64,000 nucleotides of DNA, taken from the NCBI RefSeq assembly GCF_009914755.1, contig NC_060934.1; one strand, written 5' to 3'. The notes below the pieces were generated by a model, which did not search any database, was not told the origin of the DNA, and was given only the letters and a program-made list of their open reading frames with translations. Position numbers and translations under genes: made by a program. Below are positions 1 to 14,287 of the stretch, piece by piece; position 1 is the first letter of the stretch; each line of letters starts with the position of its first letter. Source of the DNA: the human T2T-CHM13v2.0 reference genome, Homo sapiens.

Positions 1-425
1 GGACATGAGGGGACAATGTGATTGAGCTGGCCATGACAAAATGGTTGTTTTCTGATTCACTTCTCTATACAGTTGAGATGCCCAGAAGCAGTCCATTATC
101 AAGTGGAAGTGTCAGACACCTAATCCGGACTGAGCAGGTCCTGAAGACACAAACGAATTGCATAAACAGGTGACTTATCTTCCCAACCGGGCTATTCCTG
201 TCCACTGCTACTTCAATCAATCTCAAAAGACGTAAGGCCTCACAGGGAGTTTATTATATCCTGTTAGCTGATGAGAAAAATTTGAACCTGGATTACAGAC
301 GGGTCTAAATAACATGCTAGCACCAGCTGGAAAGACATGTCATGTTGCAGCCCTGCTATAGAATTTTGGTATAGACTCTGAACTGATCATCAATATATGG
401 TACTGGTTTTTCCAAAACCAACATA
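1..425 (+). mobile_element. ERV-L internal (pol, RNase H region) degenerate fragment
   Basis: Degenerate match to HERV-L pol (SIIKWK..AGPEDT..LH; WITDGS). Continues at 1862 after the nested Tigger. Confidence 0.7.
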
Positions 426-990
426 TAGTCAATCCTCATCATTCATAACTTCTGTGCTTGCAAATTTGCCTACTTGCTAAAATTTATTTATAACCCTAAA
501 ATCAATACCAATGGCACTTTCATGGTTATTTGAGGACATGTGCAGAGGTGGCATGAAATGTCAGTTGCCCTCTGCATTTTGCCAGCTCAGGCTGAACAAG
601 GCAATGTTTCTTGTTTCAGATCCCATACTATAAATAAGCATTATTTTCAATGTCTATTTAGTGCCATATTTCCCACTTTCTATGCTTTTTGTTGGTGATT
701 CTGCTGTTTGAAATGGTCCCTAAGCATAATGCTAAAGTGCTGTCTAGTATTCCTAAAAACAGGAAGACTGTGGTGTGCCTTATGGAGAAAATGTATGTGT
801 TAGATAAGCTTCATTCAGGCATAAGTTATAGTGCTGTTGGCTGTGAGTTCAATGTGAATGAATCAACAACACAATACATCCAGGAAAAGGAGAAAGAAAT
901 GCACTGACCTATAAGTCAGGCCGCTCCAGTAATAAATTTATAGACACATTACCTAGTGGATTAGGGTTCTCTAGAAAAACAGAACCAATA

Positions 991-1024
<34 letters not shown>

Positions 1025-1861
1025 TTGCTATATATATATAATGTAGCATATACATAATATATGTATCTCATATATAGCATATATAGTGTATATATACATA
1101 TATAAATATATATATGGAGAGAGAGTAATTTATTATAAGGAACTAGCAATGACCTAAGCTCTTTTTTAAAAATTTAATGGCTTAAATTCTAGTCCAAGCC
1201 CAAGGGCAAGAGACTACCAATGATCAAGCTTGAAGACAGTGAGGCAGAGATAGACAGTTCCTTCTTACTCAGCTTTTTATTCTATTCGGGCTTTTGACTG
1301 ATTAGATAGGACAATCTGCTTTACTCAGTCTACTGTTTCAAACATTAATCTCATCCAGAGAGACCCTCGCATACACTCCCAGAAATAATGCTTAACCAAA
1401 TATCTGGGCACCCCAAGGCCCAGTCAAGTTGACACATAAAATTAACCATCACACCCAGGGGTATGAAAATGTGAAACTCTTCTGAGCTAGTGCTGGCTGG
1501 CTTTCACATTTCAAAAGGCAACAGAGCTTGAGAAACATTAAACTTGCAGGTGAGGCAGGTTCTGCAGATCAGGAGGCTGCAGATGAATTTTTTTAAATAT
1601 CTGCCAACTGTTATACAGGAAAGGGTTATGTACAAGAGTAGGCTTTCAATGCTAATGAGACTGGCTTGTTTTACAAGGACATTGGCAAACAAACCTATAT
1701 AATGCCTAGGGTGGCATTTTGTTTGGCAAAAATTTTATGACCAGAGGCTCACAGGAACATAACCTAGTCTTTCCTCTTGGAGCAACAGTTCATTATTTGC
1801 CAATTCAGCATTAGAAGAAACTTTATAGAATGTAACTACCATGAATAATTTGAATAAACTG
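426..1861 (+). mobile_element. TcMar-Tigger DNA transposon (MER82/Tigger17-like), interrupted by MLT2
   Basis: MER82-like ends (AGTCAATCCTCATCATTC...GAATAATTTGAATAAACTG), TA flanks, transposase remnant FNANETGLFYKDIGK near 1644-1690. ORF 689-907 lies within it. Confidence 0.75.
952..1453 (-). mobile_element. MLT2 (ERVL) solo LTR with internal (TA)n
   Basis: AGGGTTCTCTAGAAAAACAGAACCAATA...CAGTCAAGTTGACACATAAAATTAACCATCACA is the reverse complement of the MLT2 consensus. Confidence 0.85.
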
Positions 1862-2030
1862 TATATGAATGGGGAAGCAAGGAGTGGAAGTGAGAGTAGC
1901 TCCTCCACTTTTATACCTAAGGACCCCTCAATATTTATGTTGTAGTCTTCATGATTTTGGGCTCTGATTGTTTAGGAGTCAAAGACATATGGAATGAATT
2001 TTTACACCAGAGGACACAATGACAGTCTCT
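1862..2030 (+). mobile_element. ERV-L internal fragment (post-integrase region)
   Basis: GAAGCAAGGAGTGGAAGTGAGAGTAGCTCCT...CACCAGAGGACACAA matches HERV-L and is contiguous with 360-425. Confidence 0.65.
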
Positions 2031-2185
2031 AAAATATTTTTTAAATACTCTGTTGATTGCACTACTTATTTGTACTCTGTGTGTGCGTGCGTGTGTGTGT
2101 GGGGGGGTGGTCATCAGTTTCCCTTGAACCCACAATGCCATCTGCACTGCTGGTCACCACCATTCCTTTTTAATCTTCTTCAAAC

Positions 2186-2901
2186 TGTTACCAGTGGAGG
2201 GTGTCCAGGTTCTTGGCATTTTGAACAAACAATTGGGCAAAGCACACAAACAAAGCAAGGGAAGAATGAAGCAATGAAAGCAGAGATCTATTGAAAACGA
2301 AAGTACACTCCACAGGGTGGGAGCAGGCCAAGCATAGTGGCTCAAGAGCCCTGTTACAGAATTTTTTCTGGGGGTTTAAATACCCTCTAGAGGTTTCCCA
2401 TTGGCCACTTGGTGTACACCCCCATGCAAATGAAGTAGTAGCCTGCAATCAGTCTGATTGGCTACTGCAACCAACAGAGGCTGAAGTGAAGTCACAAAGT
2501 TTACACCCTATGCAAACATCTGATTGGCTGTGAAAAGCAACCAATCAGAGGCTAAAGTAAACTTACAAAGTTACACTTCTATGCAAAGGAAGAGTTGGCC
2601 TACAATCAGTCTGATTGGTTGTAGAAAGCAACCAATCAGAGGCTCAGAGGCTGAAGTGAAGTTACAAAGTTACACTCCTATGCAAACGTCTTATTGGTTG
2701 AGGAAAGCAACCAATGAGAGGTACTTTCAATTTTCCATCTGCCAGGCAGAAAAAGGGGCAGGCGGTTGCAAACAAAGTAGCCTCCTGTCCTTTTGTTACT
2801 TGGGTGTGGAAAGGTGGGGTTTTCCTTTTGATTTAGTTCTAGGAAGTCAGCGTGAATCGGCCTTAGGTTCCCTGCCTCCAGACCCTATTCTTCCTGCCTC
2901 A
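2186..2901 (-). mobile_element. MER51 (ERV1) solo LTR
   Basis: TG...CA ends; the reverse complement starts TGAGGCAGGAAGAATAGGGTCTGGAGGCAGGGAACCTAAGGCC. 4-bp TSD AAAC at 2182-2185 and 2902-2905. Internal CCAAT repeats. Confidence 0.9.
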
Positions 2902-2905
2902 AAAC

Positions 2906-3630
2906 TACTTTTCATGCCCATTACTCTACCGAAAATGCTGTTGTCAACTTCACCAATGCTGTGTATATTGCCACGCCCAATGAATGTGTCTCTGACCTCA
3001 ACTTTCTCTAATTCTCATCAGCTTTTGACTGAGTTGACCACTCTCCCCTTTTTGACACCCTCTTCTCTCCAATTCTGTGGCAACCTATTCCCATTCTACT
3101 TTTCCCCACCTTACCAGCCTCTCCTGTGTTAAGTTCTCCTTCTCTACTCAATCAGCAAAATTTGATTCTCCTCAAAACTTGGTCCTGGGCCCTCTTTTTA
3201 ATATCTTCTATGCCTAAATATTCTCATCCACTCCAATATCTTTACATACAGTTTATGTCACAGCTTCTAAATTAATACGTCCAGCTCAAATCTTTTTCCC
3301 TTTCTCAAAAGTCACATATATAACTACGTACTTGACATTTCCACTCGGCTATCTCACAGCATCTCAAAGTCCATATGTCCAAAACAGAACTCCCAATTGT
3401 CACTGCCAAGCTTTGGTTTCATCTCCCATCCCACTCCTGGTTCTCCCCCATATTAAGAAATAGCAACACATTCATCCAGGACCTCATTTAGAAATCTAGA
3501 AGTTATTCTTGACTCTTACCTTTTGCGTGTCTCTTGCCTCTAATTCAATCCTCCAGCAGATTCTACCTCAAAACACATTTCAGTTGTGTCTACTTCTCTG
3601 CATGTCCACTCTCCTGGGTGTCCACCATAA
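2906..3630 (+). mobile_element. L2 fragment
   Basis: L2 3' region motifs (TTGACCACTCTCCC, CTACTTGACATTTCCACTCGG, CATCTCAAAGTCCATATGTCCAAAACAGAACTC). Confidence 0.75.
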
Positions 3631-4046
3631 AGTCGGTGGGAATAGATGAGTATCACAGACAGGTTTAGACCTCTATAACCCAGAGGTGTTACCCTAGAGA
3701 AAAGAGACAGCTTCTCTCTTCCAGCATTAACGTAAAATCCCAGCGAAGAAGCGGCCAGGTTTGGCTCATCTGCCAATTATTTTGACCAGAGGGATGTAAA
3801 GAATGCCAGACTAAGAAAAACACCACCACCTGCTCAGAATGGAGGCTGGTGACTGGGGCCCTCACCTCCCTGTGTGACGTCACCTCCCTGTGTGGGGTTT
3901 GCTGTCTTGCATGCACTTCACATGCAAACCAGAACTCTTGAAATAATGGGCTCTTCAATGAATCTTTATCATTATAATGCCTAGAAGCTTTGAGAATTTC
4001 CTAGAATAGATCTTATACAGAACTTGTAAATTAAAGAAAGCCTTTT

Positions 4047-4362
4047 GGCTGGGCGCAGTGGCTCATGCCTGTAATCCCTTGGGAGGCTGAGGAGGGCAGA
4101 TCACCTGAGGTCAGGAGTTCAAGACCAGCCTGGCCAACATGGCAAAACTCTATCTCTGCTACAAATACAAAAATTAGCCAGGCATGGTGTTGCGTGCCTG
4201 TAATCCCAGCTACTCGGGAGGCTGAGGCATGAGAATTGCTTGATCATTTGAACCTGGGAGACAGAGGTTGCAGTGAGCCAAGAGCACACCACTGCACTCC
4301 AGCCTGGGCGACAAAGCAAGATTCCATCTCAAGTTAAAAAAAAAAAAAAAAAAAAAAAAAAA
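4047..4362 (+). mobile_element. AluS
   Basis: Dimer, A-tail, TSD AAAGCCTTTT. Confidence 0.95.
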
Positions 4363-4888
4363 GCCTTTTAGGGCTCTGAAAACATTCGATTATATTTTGT
4401 TGGATTGAGGGGTCTGGTTATAACTGGAAGGTGTCAACCCCTGTGTTCTTTTTCAGTCTCTCAGGATGCTTTCAGCTCTGAGTTCCCCAGATTGGCAAGG
4501 TTCCAGAATATATACAGCTATATGAATAGATGTAGATAGCTCATGTAGACAGAGATAGATATTGATATGGATTCACATGCATTCTATTCTTTAAATTTAT
4601 GATTTAGGACCATTATACATACCAGAAAATGCATAGTTGAAGAACTGAACAGTAAGACATATATAAAAAGAAGTAAAGCCAGAGTTTTTTCCTATCTCCA
4701 TACCCCATCTCCGAAAACCTATGGTAATTCAAATTAGTCTGTTCCATTGAAACCCACATGTCTTCTCTTAACATTTTTATAGTTACGGAATTCAACTGGA
4801 ATTTTGATTTCCCAGAACGAAAATAAGCAAGAAAAAATCTCCCAGGGTCAGAGAAAGCCATTCTTCCCATTCATGTTCTTCTCTTGAA

Positions 4889-4915
4889 ACACCAGTAGAG
4901 GGCGAACAAGATGGC
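4889..4915 (+). promoter_or_regulatory. Candidate CTCF site abutting a YY1-like motif
   Basis: CCAGTAGAGGGCG at 4892-4904 and CAAGATGGC at 4907-4915, in apparently non-repeat DNA. Motif match only. Confidence 0.5.
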
Positions 4916-5125
4916 AAATAAAACCCCTGGAGCCGACAGGGCAGCCCAGAGAACTTCCTTAATTCCCACTGCCCAGCGGCCAAATGTGGATTCCGAACTC
5001 AGGAACATGAAAAAGCGGAAATATGGCCTTGAACACTAATTTGATTTAACCCTGGCGTTTCCAAGTTGTTTCTCTCCGATTTGGGTCTGTGATAGAGACT
5101 AAATCCTTTACAACCTGCCTGCTCA

Positions 5126-5514
<389 letters not shown>

Positions 5515-5520
5515 TCTATC

Positions 5521-5523
<3 letters not shown>

Positions 5524-5577
<54 letters not shown>
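5524..5577. repeat. (CA)n(TA)n microsatellite
   Basis: Directly visible. Confidence 0.95.
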
Positions 5578-6340
5578 GCACAGAGGAGGGCGGAGGATAA
5601 CAATCTATTTCTTATTTTAATGACAGGGCATCACACGCTTGCAGCAACCAGAACGTGACTTCTCCTGAGTACTGAAGTATTTCACAGCATCTGCAGAATT
5701 TAAAAGGAAGGAAATCAAGGAAAGGAAAATTTATTTTCATATACCCTTAGTTCAGAATAAAGACACATAGAAGCCTTATGGAGGAAAAGATAAGAATTTT
5801 ATAAGCCTCGATGTTGAATAAAGAATTTTCTATTGCAATTTTAAAATACGTATGTATGGCCTCTGCCCAGTTAGGTAGCCTTGTGGGCCATTTGGGTAAA
5901 GCCCTCTTTATACTGTAATTCAATGTGTCAAAGATCAGTTGTTATTAGATGGGCAGACTTTTTTCAAAATGATAGAATCCAGTTTGGGCAAAAGTCTGGG
6001 AATATGAACCACTTTGTACACTCTTGGCTGGAGGGTAAATGGGTACAACTTTGGAAGGCAGTTAGGCAATGTCCATTCTAATTTTGTGTGAACATCCTAC
6101 ATGATCCCTCATTCTGACTTCTGTCCTGTAAAAACACTAGTAAAGTGTTCAAAAAGATGTGATAAAACCTTCATTGTAGCATTGTTTGTAATAAAGTTTA
6201 AAAAGAACTTAAAACTTCACTAAGGATAGACAGAGTCGTTATGGCTTGTTACATGCCCTAGCACTATTCTAGAGGCTTTATCCGCATTAATTATTTCATC
6301 CCCACAACAAGCATTTTTTTCCTTTTCTTTTATTTGTATA

Positions 6341-6344
<4 letters not shown>

Positions 6345-6387
<43 letters not shown>

Positions 6388-6675
6388 AGACAGTCTTGCT
6401 CTGTCGCCCAGACTGGAGTGCAGGGGTGTGATCTCAGCTCACCTGCAACCTTCGCCTCCCAGGTTCAAGCGATTCTCCTACCTCAGCCTCCCCAGTAGCT
6501 GGGACCACAGGCATGCACCACCATGCCTGGTGCACAAAAAATTTTTGTATTTTTTAGCAGAGACAGGGTTTCACCATGTTGGCCAGGCTGGTCTCAAACT
6601 CCTGACCTCAGGTGATCGGCCCACCTCAGCCTCCCAAAATGCTGGGATTTCAGGCATGAGCCACTACACCCGGCC
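6345..6675 (-). mobile_element. AluS inserted at the L1MA 3' end
   Basis: About 42-nt T tract, dimer, TSD TATTTGTATA. Confidence 0.95.
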
Positions 6676-7430
6676 TATTTGTATAAATTTCAGGGGTACA
6701 AGTGTAGTTTTATTACATGGATATATTACACAGTGGTGAGGTCTGGGTTTTTAGTGCATCCATCACCTAAAGACTGTGGACTGGACCCAAGTAACTTCTC
6801 ATCACCCACCCTCCTCCACCCTCCCACTTTTCCCAGTCCCCCGTGTTTACCATTGCACACTCTATGTCTATGTGTACACATGACTCATCTCCCACTTATA
6901 AGTGAGAACATGCGGTATTTGACTTTCTGAGTTGTTTCCCTTAAGATAATGGCCTCCAGTTCCATCCATGTTGCTGCAAAAAACATTTTATTCTTTTTTA
7001 TGACTGAATAGTATTTCATTGTATATATACACCACATTTTCCTTATCGAGTCAGCCATTGGTGGATACTTAGGTTGATTCCATATCTTTGCTATTTTGAA
7101 TAGTGCTGGGATAAACATACGAATGCAGGTATCTTTTTGCTATAATGATTTCTTTCCTTTGGGTAGATACCCAGTAGTGGGGTTGCTGGATCAAATGATA
7201 GTTCTATTTTTAGTTCTTTGAGAAATCTCCATACTGTTTTTCATAAAAGTTGTACTAATTTACATTCCCCCCAACAGTGTATAAGCATTCCTTTTTCTTT
7301 ATATCCTCAACAACATCTGTTATCGTCTTACTTCTTAATACTAGCCAATCTGATTGGTATAAGATGATATCTCACTGTGATTTTAATTTGCATTTCTTTG
7401 AGGATTACTGATATTGAGCATTTTTCATAT
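6676..7430 (-). mobile_element. L1MA-family 5'-truncated 3' end
   Basis: L1 3' UTR and ORF2 end (ORF 6885-7118, IAKIWNQPK..MWCIYTM). TSD about CAAGCATTTT at 6308 and 7438. Confidence 0.88.
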
Positions 7431-7564
7431 GCCACTACAAGCATTTTATCAGAACACATTTTATGCATAGAGAAATTAAGACGCAGAGAGGGGAAGTCAT
7501 TTGTCCAAGTTCACACACAACCTAAGGGGCACAAGTTAGTATCCAACCCGAGTAGTGTCCATGC

Positions 7565-7920
<356 letters not shown>

Positions 7921-8052
7921 TAATTCCTAGGTTCTACTGTGCCTCTTACTGTACTGTTGGAAACATGAGGAAAATTTGTATTTACTATGTGAAAAGATGT
8001 CCGTGGTATAATGTTAAGATTTAAAAAGCAGTTTAAAAAATATGTGTAAATA

Positions 8053-8715
<663 letters not shown>

Positions 8716-8726
8716 AAGTGGTTTCC

Positions 8727-9758
8727 TCTTTCCATGCTACTCACAGAGGGGTCCATATGGCGTTTTCTGGATTCCCATCGCAACTTAAAGGGAAAATTTC
8801 TCAATGTCTGGAGCCCTTGATGTCCTGCAAATGAAGGAGGAGGATGTCCTTAAGTTATGCAGCAGAAATCCACTTAGGTAGCACCAACCTTGACTTCCAA
8901 ATGGAACAGTACATCTACGAAAGGAAAAGTGATGGCATCTACATCCTAAATCTGAAAGGACCTGGGAGAAGCTTCTGCTGCAGCTCACGCCATTGTTGCC
9001 ACTGAAAACCCTGCTGATGTCAGCGTCATAACCTCCAGGAATACTGGCCAGAGGACTGTGCTGAAGTTTGCTGCTGCCACTGGAGTCAGAGCAATTGCTG
9101 GCCACTTCACTCCTGGAAACTTTACTAACCAGATCCAGGGAGCCTTCCGGGAGCCACGGCTTCTTGTGGTTACTATCCCCAGGGTTGACCAACAGCCTCT
9201 CACAGAGGCATCTTATGTTAACTTTCCCACCATTGCTCTGTGTCACACAGCTTCTCCTCTGCGCTGTGTGAACATCGCCATCCCATGCAACAACACGGAA
9301 GCTCGCTCAGTGGGTTTGATGCAGTTGCTGCCCCGGGAAGTTCTGCACATGTGTGGTACCATTTCCCACGAACACCCGTGGGAGGTCATGCCTGATCTCT
9401 ACTTCTACAGGGATCCTGAAGAGACTGAAAAAGAAGAGCAGGCTGCTGCTGAAAAGCCTGTGACCAAGCAGGAATTTCAGGGTGAACAGACTGCTCCAGC
9501 TCCTGAGTTGACTGCTACTCAGCCTGAGGTTGCAGACTGGTCTGACGGCGTGCGGGTGCCCTCTGTGCCTATTCAGCTGTTCCCTACTGAAGACTGGAGC
9601 GCTCAGCCTGCCGTGGAAGACTGGTCTGCAGCTCTCACTGCTCAAGCCACTGAATGGGTAGGGGCAACCACTGAATGGTCTTAAGCTGCTCTTGTACCGG
9701 CTATTAAGCAACATGGAAACAACGTTGATGGAAAATAAACATCAGTTCCTAAAAAAAA
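8727..9758 (+). pseudogene. RPSA (pseudogene): Processed (retro)pseudogene of RPSA, full length with 5' UTR, disabled CDS, 3' UTR and poly(A)
   Basis: ATG at 8804 gives [20 protein letters not shown] 9058-9684 is RPSA-like ([58 protein letters not shown]). No introns. The CDS spans 881 nt versus 888 in RPSA, consistent with -2, -1, -1 and -3 deletions; the frameshift gives TAG at 8879-8881. AATAAA at 9734-9739, A-tail from 9751, flanking repeats AAGTGGTTTCC/AGGTGGTTTCC. Confidence 0.97.
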
Positions 9759-9871
9759 TTTTAAAAAACACACAAAAAACAGAAGAGGTGGTTTCCCCTG
9801 GGAAGAGAGATTGATAGAGAAGAAGAGAAGCATGTTCACTTTTTACCACATGCAAGAATATGTATTTTTAA

Positions 9872-10396
<525 letters not shown>

Positions 10397-10464
10397 TCAA
10401 CATTTTCCGATTTTCACTCCAATCTGGTTTTCTTTTGCCTTAGCACCCGAGTCAACATGATGAA

Positions 10465-10700
10465 TGGGCATCCACTGTGTACCAGGTACTGTGTGCAGTG
10501 CTTTTCGTACCTTTTGTTCCTTAATTCTCCCAACAACCCTGCAAATAGGTGCTATAATCCTCATATTCCCACTGAAAGAACAGATTTGGAGAAGTTAAAA
10601 ACTAGCTTCAGGTCGTGCCACTTGTAAGTGACAGAGCTGGAGCTTGACTCTGTGTCTGTCAAGCTCCAAAGTCTACATCCTTTCCAATAATCCACACTTC
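10465..10700 (-). mobile_element. MIR
   Basis: CTGTGTACCAGGTACTGTG..CAACAACCCTGCAAATAGG..CTTGTAAGTGACAGAGCTGG. Confidence 0.75.
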
Positions 10701-11160
10701 CTCCAAACATGTATTTATATTTCTCATGTCTGTATCATCTCCATCCGGATCTTTTCATAGTAAATGCTTAGAATTTAGAGAGCAATGAAGTCTGGTATAC
10801 AAATGTTGCTCTAATTTCATTGCCTTTTCCTCGATTTGTGTTTAGCGTTCAAACAACAAGCTGTGAAGTTTTCCAAACATGTGGATTTCCCTAATATAAA
10901 GACCACATTTATTCTGTTCCAGTAAAAAGAACATTTATGTTACAGGATGACCAGAGATAGCCAAAAGAAGAGGCGGGAGGGGTGCTGAAATCTCAGTTGC
11001 CTGAGTGGTGCCTGATGTTCCTGAAACCTTCGCTTTGGTCAGCCTTCCATTTCTTTAGAATGTGAAGTATTTTTAACCTGCTGGTGGAATTCTGTTCATC
11101 TCACGAAATGAAGATTCATCACACTCTTAGCTAGGATGTGATAATAAAAGCAGAAGAAAG

Positions 11161-11575
11161 ACCGAATGTGGTGGTTCATGCAGGTAATCTCAGCACTTTG
11201 GGAGGCCAAAGCAGGAGGATCACTTGAGCCCAGGAGACACGAGACTGGGCAACATAGTGAGACTCTGTTTCTTAAAAAAAAATTAGCTGGGCTTGGTAGC
11301 ACATGTCTGTAGTTCCATCTACTATGGAGGCTGAAGTGGGAGGATCACTTGAGCCCAGGAGACACGAGACTGGGCAACATAGTGAGACTCTGTTTCTTAA
11401 AAAAAAATTAGCTGGGCTTGGTAGCACATGTCTGTAGTTCCATCTACTATGGAGGCTGAAGTGGGAGGATCACTTGAGCCCAGGAGTTGGAGACTGCTAG
11501 CTATGATCGTGCCACTGCAGTCCAGCCTGGGTGACAGAGCAAGACTCGGTCTCTTAAATAAATAAACAAGTAAAT
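11161..11575 (+). mobile_element. AluJ with an internal 125-bp perfect tandem duplication
   Basis: 11221-11345 is identical to 11346-11470. Confidence 0.93.
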
Positions 11576-11756
11576 CAAAGGAGAAGAAAAGAACTCTTCT
11601 GATGCTGACAGCACTGGAATACTCCCACGGCTAGATTTGCCTGAGTTTAGCCAAGAAAACTGATATATTTCCCAAATTTAATAAGAGTATAGAGACATGC
11701 TTGTTGGAAAGCAATAAAGTCTTTAAGAGACTTTAACAATGCAAAACTCTCTGTGA

Positions 11757-12430
<674 letters not shown>

Positions 12431-12503
12431 TGATCTTCCTATTTTTCAAGTTCTAGATTAAACACCCAGCATAATTCAACAAAAGCAAAAGAAACAAGAT
12501 TGT

Positions 12504-12804
<301 letters not shown>

Positions 12805-13410
12805 TCAACAGAAACAAGGATTGTTGCTTGCCACTTTAGGATTATTGAAGTACTGGTGGATCCCCAAGTCTCTGCTTGGGATATGAGTTTGACCGAGAAC
12901 TCCCAGTAATAATGAGTGAAGAGACTGGATCTTTTTTTTTTAATTGCAAGACAACATTTTTCTCTATATTTTACTTAAAAATAACTTCTATTGCTTTTGC
13001 TGTTGTTAATCTCTAAGTGATGCATGTGTACTGGGAAGAGGCTGAAAAACATTGAATAGAATAAAGACAAATAAAAAATCACACTTATTATTACTACTTA
13101 CAAATGACCACTTGATAGTTTGATGTCACCTTCCTAGGTCAATGTGTATGTGAATATATTTTTAGGTTCTTGGCTTGCTTTTTAAAAGTGGGATTATGCT
13201 GAATCTACTATTTTCTAGTAGGCTTTTTCGCTTAACAGCTTGTTTTGAGTATTTTCTTATGTTATTAAGTAACCTTCTCTAATATTAAAATAATGAATCA
13301 GTGGAGGAAATGAAGAAATAAATGTTTAATATTAACCATAAGGCTCATGTTAACTGAGCTACATCCCATTTCACCAGCTTCAAGTACAAGATGAAGTCAA
13401 ATATCTCTTG

Positions 13411-13726
<316 letters not shown>

Positions 13727-13907
13727 ATCAAATATCTCTTAATAGTCAAATCAAGCTTCTCTGAAACCTCATCTTGCCAGTCGAGTAATTTTTTTCTCCT
13801 CTTCAAGGGTCTTCTCTCTCATTATAACTTGAAGAACCCCAAGAATGCTTCAGGTAAGAGATGAGTCTGGGCTACCACTGCCTCAGGTGAAAAACAGCCA
13901 AACGCTC

Positions 13908-14240
13908 TGCATGAGCTAGGGATTGCCAGCTGCTGTAACAATTAACCCCCCATACAACACAAGGTTATTTCTTACTTGCTTAAGAGTTCAAACCTGTGCT
14001 CCCTGTTGGGTGGGGAAAGTGATGGGGAGCAGCTCTGATTTTGGTCTCTCTAGACACTGGCATCCAGCCAGCAGAAGAGGGAAATGCCTGGAGGATCCTC
14101 ATGTGAGATCCTCGTGGGACTTCCACCATATCCTATTGGCAGGAGTCACTCCCACGGCCATACCTCATTGCCAGGTAGGCTGGGAAATGTGATATGACTC
14201 TGTGCCCAGGAAGAAGAGAATGTGAATTTTGGTAAGTACT
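13908..14240 (-). mobile_element. Old MLT1 (MaLR) LTR fragment
   Basis: GCTGCTGTAACAA..AGGCTGGGAAATGTG..TGTGCCCAGGAAGAAGAG. Confidence 0.55.
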
Positions 14241-14287
14241 ATTTCTATTTCTATTTCTGCCACCTTCTACTCTTTTGGCACCAAATG

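Larger units (their letters stand above)
6240..7564 (-). mobile_element. MIR split by an L1MA and an Alu (pieces about 6240-6310 and 7435-7564)
   Basis: MIR core motifs on both sides of the insertion. Confidence 0.6.

Noticed and set aside
2440-2720. Regularly spaced repeats resembling a CRISPR array
   Set aside because: Degenerate internal LTR repeats, no unique spacers, no cas genes, primate DNA.
2524-3132. 202-aa ORF with internal repeats
   Set aside because: Non-ATG start; reads through antisense MER51 repeats into L2.
9058-9684. 208-aa RPSA-like ORF as a functional gene
   Set aside because: GTG start, upstream frameshifts, no introns, poly(A) and TSD: it is a processed pseudogene.
8785-9714. 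Minus-strand ORFs of 153 and 135 aa
   Set aside because: Antisense shadows of the RPSA coding frame.
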